Numbered from the stretch's first letter, positions 40,165 through 48,915 are shown. The stretch: 64,000 nucleotides of DNA from an uncultured Phycisphaeraceae bacterium (GCA_964610975.1 CAZSYN010000007.1:26150-90149); one strand, 5' to 3'. Notes: a model not told the origin generated them from the sequence alone. Numbers and translations are program-made.

Positions 40165-40715
40165 CCCCGGCTGATAAGCGTGTTTTTCAGTGCCACTCCG
40201 TTTGGATTGGATGGCGCAGCATTGGCGCCACTGCTCATATCCAAATACCCATTGGTCATGCCGCTGGCCACCATGTCGGTAAGTACCTGGTCAATCATGG
40301 CCTGCGGCAATGCACATCCCATCAGATAGAGATAGTGCATATTCGTACATCCCTGAAGATTGATAAAGGTCAAACTGGTGCAGAAATAGACATCCAGTTC
40401 GGTAATGTTCGTATTGCCGTGGGCATCCACTTCCAGCAGACTTTTGTTATTACCGGCATAGCAGCCATTGAGTTTGGGCAAACGCCAAATTTCCAGTTTT
40501 GTAAGCTGGCAACTGTATACATCCAGCGAAGCAAGATTTTTCAGGTCGTTCCACGGTAAGGTTGTGAGTAGCTGGTTTTCACAAATCAGTTCAGTCAGGT
40601 TCGGCATGTTGATACTATCGATTCGCTCAACAAACCCGGACCAGGGCAATACCAGCATGGGCCACTGTTCCAGTGGCGGATAGGTAATCAGAGGCTCAGA
40701 CTTCCATGCCGGCAT
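40143..40715 (-). CDS. Leucine-rich-repeat (LRR) protein encoded inside the head-tail module
   Basis: The LRR units 'LTELICENQLLTTLPWNDLKNLASLDVYSCQLTKLEI...LLEVDAHGNTNITELDVYFCTSLTFINLQGCTNMHYLYLMGC' are present. Its start overlaps the stop of the upstream gene. Confidence 0.6.
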   Translation of the reverse strand: MPAWKSEPLITYPPLEQWPMLVLPWSGFVERIDSINMPNLTELICENQLLTTLPWNDLKNLASLDVYSCQLTKLEIWRLPKLNGCYAGNNKSLLEVDAHGNTNITELDVYFCTSLTFINLQGCTNMHYLYLMGCALPQAMIDQVLTDMVASGMTNGYLDMSSGANAAPSNPNGVALKNTLISRGWTVTTN

Positions 40716-41047
40716 CAGCGAATCTCCACAAACAAGTCTGTAAAATTCACACCGGCTACCAGGTTCCGAGCAACGATACGTGCGCCAACGGCAATACCGC
40801 CGGGAATGACGATCTCCCGCCAGTAGTTGGGCGGGATCAAAAACGACTTCTCCTGGCCGGCGGCATCACCGATGGAGACCAGGGCGCCGCCGGAACCCAC
40901 GCGAATAAAGGCCAGCCGGCTCTCGTGGGTGACACTGCCTGAACTCGCGGTGGTGTAAGTATCACCACCGGTTGACCAGTAAAGCAGATCCGGCTTGCCG
41001 GCGCCCTCCAGAACAGGTCCGCCGACATCCACATGCATAAGACCCAT
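40715..41047 (-). CDS. Hypothetical head-tail module protein
   Basis: Start refined to the ATG at 41047 with a GGAGG RBS. Confidence 0.4.
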   Translation of the reverse strand: MGLMHVDVGGPVLEGAGKPDLLYWSTGGDTYTTASSGSVTHESRLAFIRVGSGGALVSIGDAAGQEKSFLIPPNYWREIVIPGGIAVGARIVARNLVAGVNFTDLFVEIR

Positions 41048-41051
41048 GACA

Positions 41052-41291
41052 TCAGCCTCCGACGATGATGAGTTTCCAAAGAGCCGACACTGCCAGCGAT
41101 ACCACGGCGCCGGCAATAACCCAAAGCACGCGCGAACGCGTGCGTTCAGAGGCTTCCAGCCGATCCAGCCGCGCATAAATACCCGGCTTGCCGTTGCCAC
41201 GGATGGCCTCATCGAGCCGATCAAGCTTGACGTGGATCTCGGCTAGTTCCTGCCGATGCAGGCGGTCCAGTTCTTCTTCAGCGTGTGTCAT
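41052..41291 (-). CDS. Small coiled-coil protein with a C-terminal TM helix
   Basis: '...RLDRLEASERTRSRVLWVIAGAVVSLAVSALWKLIIVGG'. Confidence 0.4.
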   Translation of the reverse strand: MTHAEEELDRLHRQELAEIHVKLDRLDEAIRGNGKPGIYARLDRLEASERTRSRVLWVIAGAVVSLAVSALWKLIIVGG

Positions 41292-41665
41292 GATGCGTCA
41301 ACCTGCTTCGTGTGTATCCGGTACGTTCGGCGATAAGGATCGCTGTAACGCCAGCAGGGCTCATCACCCGGCGCCATGACTTCGTACACATAAGAATGGT
41401 CGCCATCAGTCTCGGTGATGCGATCTCCGCGCTGGGGTGTTACCGCCTGGCCACCCAGCACCAAATCACTGGCCGTAATCAAAAAGTCTCGGCTCTCCAC
41501 GCGCAGTGCGGCGCCGGTGCCGTCATCTACTTCAAAGACGGTCTGTCCGATGGTGGCAGCGATTTGCAGTGTCTGCTCACCACGCTGATATACAACCATG
41601 CGCGACATGAATTTTGCGCGCTGATTCTGAAGCCAGTCAGATGCTTGTTGAAGAAGATCAGGCAT
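41288..41665 (-). CDS. Head-tail connector / adaptor protein (gp6-like, putative)
   Basis: 125-aa protein placed after the capsid and decoration genes. Confidence 0.4.
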   Translation of the reverse strand: MPDLLQQASDWLQNQRAKFMSRMVVYQRGEQTLQIAATIGQTVFEVDDGTGAALRVESRDFLITASDLVLGGQAVTPQRGDRITETDGDHSYVYEVMAPGDEPCWRYSDPYRRTYRIHTKQVDAS

Positions 41666-41820
41666 AGGCTGTTGAAACAGACTATTAGACTACAGGCGTT
41701 TTGGCTGTTAGGAGAGAAATCAATCGCACAAATGTATGACCCAACAGTCAAATGGCCTGTGGTCTAACAGCCTTTCCTTCTGACCAAACAGTCAAACAGT
41801 CTGTAGCCTAACAGTCTCCT
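41664..41820. repeat. IVS-like palindromic element, copy 6
   Basis: Arms ataggctgttgaaacagactattagactacaggcgttttggctgttagg and ccaacagtcaaatggcctgtggtctaacagcc, plus ccaaacagtcaaacagtctgtagcctaacagtctcc. Confidence 0.7.
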
Positions 41821-41822
41821 CC

Positions 41823-42152
41823 TCACTGGCTCAGCCGCGCACGAACCTTTTCATCATCATCCGAGGCCGCGCGAACCGTTTTGCCGATTCCCTTATTGCC
41901 TGCGGAAGTCGTGGTCGCCTGCTGCGCGGTGGCATTCCAATAAAGAATTGCCCCAACCGCGATGGCCGTACCAGCGCCCTTGGCCTTGGGAAAATCAAAA
42001 ATACCATCCACGACCAGACCGCCGGTGGTATTGGCCGGAATCGGCCGAGCGGCCACACCCACCAGTTCCCCCTGTACCACTACCGATCCAGCAGCAACAT
42101 CCGCAGCGGGGGTGTAATCAATCGCCGATCCATCACTGACAAAAGTCGCCAT
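41823..42152 (-). CDS. Head decoration / DUF2190-like protein (putative)
   Basis: Gly/Ala-rich 109-aa protein directly after the capsid gene. Confidence 0.4.
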   Translation of the reverse strand: MATFVSDGSAIDYTPAADVAAGSVVVQGELVGVAARPIPANTTGGLVVDGIFDFPKAKGAGTAIAVGAILYWNATAQQATTTSAGNKGIGKTVRAASDDDEKVRARLSQ

Positions 42153-42208
42153 GTGCGAGTTTCCTTTTTTTAATTCATCATTCAGACTTCAGCATTCAGA
42201 ATTCGCTC

Positions 42209-44314
42209 TTACGCTTCTCCTTTGTTCTTCACGCCCGCGCGCGGATCCTGCATCGCCACGCCAAAATCGTGATAACCGCGCACCGTGATGCCCAGCACAT
42301 TGGGATTGGCTTCAATCGTTTCAATGGTGGGCGACTCATTACCATTCAGGAACGCGACTTCAATTAGCGGCAGGTCGTTGGCATCCGCCAGCAGGTACCA
42401 GGCCTTCTGGCTGGAGCCAGCGTACCGGGCATTGCCCAGGTATCGACTGACTTCCACCCGGTAGGCATTCTGGTGCGGGTTGGCGATCGGCATTTTGGTA
42501 TTGCTGGTCGTATCGCGGATTTCCGTCGACTTATAAAGCTGCGTCGCCATGGCCGAGAGTGACGTCGGCACCAGCAATACTTTCGGATCGACGCTGATCG
42601 GCTTGCCATCCGAATCGACCTGATCATTAAACGCCTGCACTGCATTACTCAGGGAATCAATTCCCAGCACCGTACCGGCGCCGGAGAGATAATTCTTATT
42701 GGCGGCGGCGAAGATGGCAGCATTGTTCAGGAAGATCGTCCAGAACACATCATTGATCTTCAGACCCGACCCACGGCCGAGCTTGCGCGGCACGGTGGTG
42801 ATGGCGCCCAGATCATCATTGATGATGTCGCGCCGTTCAATCGTCAGCATCAGGCCGTAAGTGTCGGCCTTGTTGGTGTAGATTTCATTACCGAGGGTGC
42901 CGTGCTTAAGCTCACCGCCGGGCGCAATCAATTCATACTGATCGGTACCGATCAAGCGGTAGCTCGTGACGGTCTTAAAGTCCGTCACACTGCGGACCGC
43001 ACAGATATTCCGCCAGGTCCGTTCAACCGAGAAGAATCCGTCGAGCAGGAACTTATTACCGACATTCGAGAGAATCGGCGCGATATCAATCGTGGCATAT
43101 CCCGCCTCAATCTGCGCTTTGCTCGGGAAGGCCATCGCCATGATGGTATGCGGATCACTGCGGAAGGTGCGGCCGATGTAACCATTGACCATCGCCGCTT
43201 CCACCATCAGGTCCTGCAGGCTGATTCCGTTCCGGAATCGTTTGCTGGCGGCATCCAGATCCTGCTCGCTGCAGTGGTTTCCCGGTTTGGATAAACCTGC
43301 CGAGAGCAGACAGGCCGCCTCCAGCATGGCCGATGTCGTCGGTCCAGGCGAAGCAAAGCTAAAGCCCATCGGCGCACCCATGACATTGCCACCCGCCACG
43401 GGCGCCTTGGGCCGACTGGCGCGCAGAACTTCCAGTTCCGTCTTGGTCTGATCCCAGCCATCACGAATCGCCTGCGCTTCAATATCTGTACACTTGCCAT
43501 TGCAGATTCGGCGAATGCCGGCGATGCGGTTGGTCTCCGCAAGCGCTTCGGCGCGAATCTGATCCATACTGCGAACATCCGCTGCATTGACCGCAGATAC
43601 GGCGGCCGCCTGAACCGGCGGAGCGGCAACAGCGGTGCCAGCAGAACCAGTACCTGTCGACGTGCTGGCGGATGTTGAATTGGTAGTGGTGGAAGTGTTT
43701 GTGGTAATACCGTCCATCGTGGCGGTCTCCTTTTCATGTACTGTATCGATCTGCGACGCGGCCACCTGCGCAGAGGTGTTGCCGTCGGCGCCCAGGTCTA
43801 CAAAACTGATCTCGCCCAGTGTTGCCTTGCGGACAACATTCACCGGGCCCTCAAACGTCCGGCCGTTGACAATGGCCTTCTGGCCATCTTTGACGAATTC
43901 AAACTCTTCCACTGACGCGCCAATACTGGCCTGCCAGGGGAAGCCATTCTTGGAACTGACGACAATCTCCCGCGCCGCCGGCGTATCCCGTGAGACCACG
44001 CCAGCCGCGATGAGTTGCCCGGCCTCTACGGAGATGGCATCAGTATGACCGACACCCGCACCCGCGCTGGCATCATGGCCAAAGCGGATCGGCCTGTTTT
44101 GACTCGGGATCGCCAGACCTGCCAGATCCACAATCACCGGGAAGCGCCAGCCGGCGATCCTCATCGGCCCGCCGGTGTAGGCCACCATGCGAAAGCGCGG
44201 CAAGGCTGGCGCAGCACCGGTTTCGCCCGCTGGCATGCCTGCCTCAATTTGAAAGCTCGCCAGCAGCGCCAGCGGACCGGCCTGATTGTCATTCTTCTTG
44301 GGCGACTGACTCAT
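42209..44314 (-). CDS. Prohead protease – major capsid protein fusion (HK97-fold)
   Basis: Start at 44314 (MSQSPKK) with an AGGAGA RBS. The N-terminal ~200 aa is protease-like (HD... and S.G segments). A Thr/Ser-rich linker follows, then a capsid-like C-terminal ~450 aa. Confidence 0.6.
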   Translation of the reverse strand: MSQSPKKNDNQAGPLALLASFQIEAGMPAGETGAAPALPRFRMVAYTGGPMRIAGWRFPVIVDLAGLAIPSQNRPIRFGHDASAGAGVGHTDAISVEAGQLIAAGVVSRDTPAAREIVVSSKNGFPWQASIGASVEEFEFVKDGQKAIVNGRTFEGPVNVVRKATLGEISFVDLGADGNTSAQVAASQIDTVHEKETATMDGITTNTSTTTNSTSASTSTGTGSAGTAVAAPPVQAAAVSAVNAADVRSMDQIRAEALAETNRIAGIRRICNGKCTDIEAQAIRDGWDQTKTELEVLRASRPKAPVAGGNVMGAPMGFSFASPGPTTSAMLEAACLLSAGLSKPGNHCSEQDLDAASKRFRNGISLQDLMVEAAMVNGYIGRTFRSDPHTIMAMAFPSKAQIEAGYATIDIAPILSNVGNKFLLDGFFSVERTWRNICAVRSVTDFKTVTSYRLIGTDQYELIAPGGELKHGTLGNEIYTNKADTYGLMLTIERRDIINDDLGAITTVPRKLGRGSGLKINDVFWTIFLNNAAIFAAANKNYLSGAGTVLGIDSLSNAVQAFNDQVDSDGKPISVDPKVLLVPTSLSAMATQLYKSTEIRDTTSNTKMPIANPHQNAYRVEVSRYLGNARYAGSSQKAWYLLADANDLPLIEVAFLNGNESPTIETIEANPNVLGITVRGYHDFGVAMQDPRAGVKNKGEA

Positions 44315-45851
44315 CGTCATTCTCCTGATCCACAGGTGTACTTGCTGGGGTTGAGGTCGTCGGCGTCGCAACCAACCCGAGTTCCTTCATCAACGCCATT
44401 TCCTTGGCTCTCTGGCGCAGCTCAGCTTCCCAGTCGCGTCCCTGGCGCGCATATTCATAGGCAAGGGTGGTGGTATTGCTGGCCAGGCGCGTGGCCTGAG
44501 CATTGGCTTCCTTGGCCGGGTCTACATGTTCCTGGCCATCCCAAAACCACTGGTGGAGAGGCAAGGCTGTTTGGCTGCAGGCTGTTTGACTGTTAGCTTC
44601 GCCTAACAGCCCAACAGTCAAACGGCCTAACAGTCCTTCCACTAATCTGGCTTCGCTCAACCAAGCCCGCAAAATCGGATCGAGTACCACGCGACCCATA
44701 TGCGCCTGATCGACGCGGATCGATTTGTAATAGACCTGATGATCCAGACGTCCCGACGCGTAGTTGTAGCCCGATGAATTGCCCGCCGCGACATTAAACG
44801 GCATGTTCAGGCAGCGAGAGATTTCGTTGAGGATTTCCTTTTTGAATTCACCGTAAGTCGTCGTCGGCTGCTCGGCGGTGACCTGACCCAGTTTCCATCC
44901 ACCGGGCAAGACCGTTGCCATGCGCCGTTCCAACTCCACGATATCCATCGGTTCAACTGGATCGGCCTCGCCGTTGGCGGGCGCATCGGTATACAAAACC
45001 GCTGCAAAATCCGCAGCCGTCTCCGCTGCCGCAATCACCGCAAGCGTGTAACGCCGCAATTGGGCAAACAGTGGCAGCGCGGCCGTGATCTCTGGAATCC
45101 CCCGGCTCTGGCCGGGACGATCAGTACGGTAATAATGAATCATCGCACTGGCTGGGATCCGATCAAAGCCAGAAAGCCACGATCCGAAGAGTGAGTTATC
45201 ACCTGGATGCGCACGAAGCAAATGATATTCAACAGGATTCCCGTAGTTGTCATACACAATGCCATCAGTCAGGCTGTTAGGCTGTAGACTGTTAGACTGT
45301 TTGTGCCTAATAGCCAAACGGTCTAAAAAGCTAACAGCCTCCCACGGCGTGCTGATCTGGTCCGCTTCAAAGAGCTTCAGATCCAGCTTCACCGGCGAAT
45401 CAATCATGGGATTGGCTACCAGCATGCCAAAGACTTCACCCGATTCGGCGCGCGAAGCGCGCATGGTGCGGAGCTTTTCAGGGAGCCGAATTGCCTCCGC
45501 CCAGTGCATAAACTCCTGCTCGGCCACCCGGTTGGCTGCATCCTGCTCGGTGAGCATCTGCAAGCGCGGGCCGGTACCGACGACATCATTAGCGAGCGTG
45601 AGCACAATCCCACGGGCATACGAGTTGTTCGCTACCTCGTAGCGCGCACGAGCACGCAAGGTCTTGCGTACGGCCGCACTGTTGGCGGCGTTCGCCGAGA
45701 GATGATCGGCGGCGGCCCAGTGGCGACGGTTATCGTCATTGGTGGCCGCCGCATCATAGCGGCCGCCAATCCGCATGGGCACGTGCACAAAGCGCGTGAC
45801 CCGCTGCACCGATTGCGCCGGCAGAAGTTTTTTGAGTAGTCCCATCATCAC
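44289..45851 (-). CDS. Portal protein
   Basis: The 520-aa size, position after the terminase, and the '...RYEVANNSYARGIV...' N-terminus are typical of lambda/HK97-type portals. It contains two in-frame repeat-element insertions. Confidence 0.7.
   Translation of the reverse strand: MMMGLLKKLLPAQSVQRVTRFVHVPMRIGGRYDAAATNDDNRRHWAAADHLSANAANSAAVRKTLRARARYEVANNSYARGIVLTLANDVVGTGPRLQMLTEQDAANRVAEQEFMHWAEAIRLPEKLRTMRASRAESGEVFGMLVANPMIDSPVKLDLKLFEADQISTPWEAVSFLDRLAIRHKQSNSLQPNSLTDGIVYDNYGNPVEYHLLRAHPGDNSLFGSWLSGFDRIPASAMIHYYRTDRPGQSRGIPEITAALPLFAQLRRYTLAVIAAAETAADFAAVLYTDAPANGEADPVEPMDIVELERRMATVLPGGWKLGQVTAEQPTTTYGEFKKEILNEISRCLNMPFNVAAGNSSGYNYASGRLDHQVYYKSIRVDQAHMGRVVLDPILRAWLSEARLVEGLLGRLTVGLLGEANSQTACSQTALPLHQWFWDGQEHVDPAKEANAQATRLASNTTTLAYEYARQGRDWEAELRQRAKEMALMKELGLVATPTTSTPASTPVDQENDDESVAQEE
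44571..44650. repeat. IVS-like palindromic element, copy 7 (in frame within portal)
   Basis: gcaaggctgtttggctgcaggctgtttgactgttagc / ttcgcctaacagcccaacagtcaaacggcctaacagtcc, translated as 'LLGRLTVGLLGEANSQTACSQTA'. Confidence 0.65.
45261..45333. repeat. IVS-like palindromic element, copy 8 (in frame within portal)
   Basis: aggctgttaggctgtagactgttagactgtttg / gcctaatagccaaacggtctaaaaagctaacagcctcc, translated as 'EAVSFLDRLAIRHKQSNSLQPNSLTDG'. Confidence 0.65.
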
Positions 45852-46054
45852 TCGGCACCCGACGGAGAGATCTTTTTCAGACTCACGCCCAGACCTTTGC
45901 GTTTGGTGGCGTTCTTGCTTGCCAAATACTTATCCGCCGCGATCTGGTCCGGCAGCGGATGCTGCTCCATCTCCACATTGTCGCCCTTGGCCTTGCGCGG
46001 GCCGGCGGCGTTATCGCGGATCGTCTGGGTTAAGTTATCAGGGGCACCAGTCAT
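45848..46054 (-). CDS. Small protein (68 aa) between terminase and portal (gpW-like position)
   Basis: ATGA-type overlap with the portal start. Confidence 0.35.
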   Translation of the reverse strand: MTGAPDNLTQTIRDNAAGPRKAKGDNVEMEQHPLPDQIAADKYLASKNATKRKGLGVSLKKISPSGAE

Positions 46055-46223
46055 GCAAGCATCTTTCGTGAACAGTTACATCAGCCAAACACATCACATC
46101 CCTCACTATTGTATTTTTGAGAAAAAATCGCATCCTGAGCAACGAGACAAAGTTTTTTGTTGAAAAAGAGGGTGTAGGGCAGGTGTGGCTACCGATGGTT
46201 ACGCTAATGGAACAGCAAGATAA

Positions 46224-46418
46224 TTATGCCCGTTCGCGCGTAGGGATGCGCCGGCCACAATAACGACACTCACGCAGACGCATGATGCAACCCGGCCGGG
46301 CACGCGTATACACAACATCCAGATGCCGGCAACCGCACTTGGGACATGCAAGACCACGCGGAACGGGTGCATGGTCCGTCCTTGCGGAATTTTCGTTGAT
46401 GGGTAATGGGTCTCTCAT
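46224..46418 (-). CDS. C4 zinc-ribbon protein (NrdR / Ogr-Delta-like finger), translationally coupled to terminase
   Basis: 64 aa. 'CPKCG...VVYTRARPGCIMRLRECRYCGRRIPTRE' carries two CxxC pairs ~22 residues apart. It has an ATGA overlap with the TerL stop and a GGAGG RBS. Confidence 0.55.
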   Translation of the reverse strand: MRDPLPINENSARTDHAPVPRGLACPKCGCRHLDVVYTRARPGCIMRLRECRYCGRRIPTRERA

Positions 46419-48715
46419 CTCCGCCTCCCCTGGATATCGGATAAACGCACGCGCGCTTTGCGTGGCGCTTCCTTGCTGTCCGTGCCAAACAAGACCGCTC
46501 CCTGCATGCTCGCACCGACCGCGCAACCGACCAGACAATCCAGCCAGTGGTTATCCAGGCCCGGCGTGCGGAGTTTCCATTCATCAAGCTGACGGCCACG
46601 ACCGGATGTCTTGATGCAATACTCGGCGGCCAGATGCTCTGACACAAGCCGATGATCTGTACCAGCAAAGAGTGACAGACATCCCGGATCACCCATCGGC
46701 ACCGCCAAGCGTGCATGCACAAAACTCTTCCAGTAGTTGGTATCAATCAGCGCATACCGCACAGCGCGCTTGCCCTGCAGGTTGGGGATGCGCCAATGCA
46801 GCCCGGTGCGATCTCCCTTGCGCGGCTTGTAATCAGAGAACGGCGTACTGGCCGCGCCGACATAACGCCCGTGGCTGGGCATCACAATGGCCGAGTGTGC
46901 CGATTGTCGGCAGAACTGATACACCACATCGGTACTGTTGCCCCAGTTGGCGTCAATCAAACACCGCTCAATGGTCATCTCGGCGCCATCATCACGCTGG
47001 AACTTACGGGATAAATGCACTGCCGTCAGGGCCTCCAGCCCAGCGTAGATCGCCCCTTCCTGGCCGGTGCCGCTATGAACCAACATCAACGTCCGCCGAG
47101 CATCACGTAATGTAAAATACGCTCGCTTCTGGTCCGGATACTCCCCATAGTCCAGCACGTACCCAGTAAAATCATCCTCCCAACCGCAGATCAGCCAATA
47201 CAGCAGCGTCCCCTGCACATCCACAAACATCGTCAGATGGCTCACGCCGACCGGCAATTCGCCACGCTTCATACCATTGGTCTTCTCGGCAATCGTGTCC
47301 GCCGAGAGCATGTCGGATCCGAGCGTTTCCTCCGGTAGCGGTTCATTTTGGTATTCAGCCCAGAACGCGGCGTCCCCCTGATCCAGCTTGAGATTCATGG
47401 CATGCTGAATGGCCGAGAGTTCATCGGGATTGTACCGATGAGACCAGGCGACTTTGGCTCCCGCATCCATATCGATCTGGTTGGCATGATAAAACTCAGT
47501 CGCTTCGCCGACGCCACGGTCATTGCGCTGACCATCCGCACGGAGCTGGGCATACTGCTGCCAGAGTTTTTCGTTAGCGGGGAAAACATACACCATCTTC
47601 GTGCGCTGGCCCTGCCACTGCGGATGTTTATCGCGATTCAGGATCCGATCCGCCATATCATCCGGTCTCACGACCGTCAGCGTCATGAGACCAGCAATCT
47701 TGCGTCCCGGACCCGCCAACCCCAAAATCGCACCCGCCAGGATCTGCTCACGCGTGACACACTGGGAGGGTGACCGTGCCGATTCATCGGTTTGAGGATC
47801 ATCCAGCAGCACCAGCGACGGGCGCACCGTCTTGCCATCGGCCCGCTTGTGCTTCATGCCACGGATACGACCGGTGATGCCGGCGACCTTAATCACCGCA
47901 CCCGAGGCCGCGCTCCCCGGTATCGTCGGCAGCGCAATATCCTTGGCCGTCCAGCCAATATGGGTGCGCGCCCCCTGGTAAAGCTGCCCGGCTGCGCGCT
48001 GGTGGATCCCTTCGAGCGCCCGGATGGGCCCACAGGCCTCAGAAAAATCCTCCTCCAGCAGGTCGTTATTCTCCAGTTCCGATTTGATCGACTCGAGCAT
48101 ATCCCCGGCATGCTCTTCGTCCGCGCCGATCAGGGCCACAAATTCCCGGTGACCGTAGAGTAGCGCCCATAGGCAGGCAGTCTCGCACAAGGTGGTTTTG
48201 CCCGAGCCACGCGGCATGGCCATCGCAAACAGACCGCCATTGAGGACTGCCTCTTCAATCTTGGCAATGACTTTGAGGTGATCGTCCGACCAGGCCAGAT
48301 GAAACGTCTGTAGAAAGTACAACTCGCAAAATAGACGGAAGGACCGGCGGCAACGTTCCTTACGTTCCAGGTCCACCGGCGCATGGATCCAGTTCTCCTG
48401 GGTAATATCGCGCGAGGATTCCGACATCCCCCGGCTGCGCGCATTGACCGCCTCTTTGTGCGCCGCGTAATTCTTCTCCGTCCACCCCGGCTCAAAGGAT
48501 TCATGCCGCGCATGAAACAGCCACGCCGCGTAACGGACAAGATCGATACGTCGCCCATCACCGATGCGGTACGCCGCTCGGTTCAGGTGCCGATACACCA
48601 CATGCGGCCCAGCCACCTCGCCCAGCGGCGTGGAGTTCAGCAGCCGCACGACCTCGGCCACGCGAAGTTGTCGGGGATCCATTTTCACCTGGATTGCATC
48701 TCCCGCATCAGCCAC
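46415..48715 (-). CDS. Terminase large subunit with a ~200-aa N-terminal extension
   Basis: Walker A 'AMAMPRGSGKTT' and Walker B-like 'LVLLDDPQTDE', followed by a C-terminal nuclease region. Confidence 0.8.
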   Translation of the reverse strand: MADAGDAIQVKMDPRQLRVAEVVRLLNSTPLGEVAGPHVVYRHLNRAAYRIGDGRRIDLVRYAAWLFHARHESFEPGWTEKNYAAHKEAVNARSRGMSESSRDITQENWIHAPVDLERKERCRRSFRLFCELYFLQTFHLAWSDDHLKVIAKIEEAVLNGGLFAMAMPRGSGKTTLCETACLWALLYGHREFVALIGADEEHAGDMLESIKSELENNDLLEEDFSEACGPIRALEGIHQRAAGQLYQGARTHIGWTAKDIALPTIPGSAASGAVIKVAGITGRIRGMKHKRADGKTVRPSLVLLDDPQTDESARSPSQCVTREQILAGAILGLAGPGRKIAGLMTLTVVRPDDMADRILNRDKHPQWQGQRTKMVYVFPANEKLWQQYAQLRADGQRNDRGVGEATEFYHANQIDMDAGAKVAWSHRYNPDELSAIQHAMNLKLDQGDAAFWAEYQNEPLPEETLGSDMLSADTIAEKTNGMKRGELPVGVSHLTMFVDVQGTLLYWLICGWEDDFTGYVLDYGEYPDQKRAYFTLRDARRTLMLVHSGTGQEGAIYAGLEALTAVHLSRKFQRDDGAEMTIERCLIDANWGNSTDVVYQFCRQSAHSAIVMPSHGRYVGAASTPFSDYKPRKGDRTGLHWRIPNLQGKRAVRYALIDTNYWKSFVHARLAVPMGDPGCLSLFAGTDHRLVSEHLAAEYCIKTSGRGRQLDEWKLRTPGLDNHWLDCLVGCAVGASMQGAVLFGTDSKEAPRKARVRLSDIQGRRR

Positions 48716-48915
48716 GCCATGTAATGCACTAAATTCATGCGTCCGTTACGCTCCAACGGCGCGCCGGCGTCGACATCCGCTTTGATTTCTTCCGGCGTGA
48801 CCTTTTTCCCACCGGCGGCTGACAGCATGCGTGCCAGTTCCTCTACGGAAAGGGATAACGGGTTCACCTTCGTCGCTTCATTTAGCATTGTGAATCCCTC
48901 AGAATTTATATGCAT
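48685..48915 (-). CDS. Small protein overlapping the terminase start (hypothetical)
   Basis: 67-76 aa, depending on which start is used. Confidence 0.3.
   Translation of the reverse strand: MHINSEGFTMLNEATKVNPLSLSVEELARMLSAAGGKKVTPEEIKADVDAGAPLERNGRMNLVHYMAWLMREMQSR

Noticed and set aside
34104-45333. CRISPR array formed by the repeated CTGTTAG-type units
   Set aside because: The units are arranged as inverted arm pairs with variable length and spacing. They sit one per intergenic gap, not as a regular repeat-spacer array, and no cas genes are present.
48685-48915. Small terminase subunit immediately upstream of TerL
   Set aside because: The product is only 67-76 aa with no recognisable DNA-binding fold. 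It is kept as a hypothetical ORF, and the tandem-HTH gene at 51313..51849 is a better TerS or regulator candidate.
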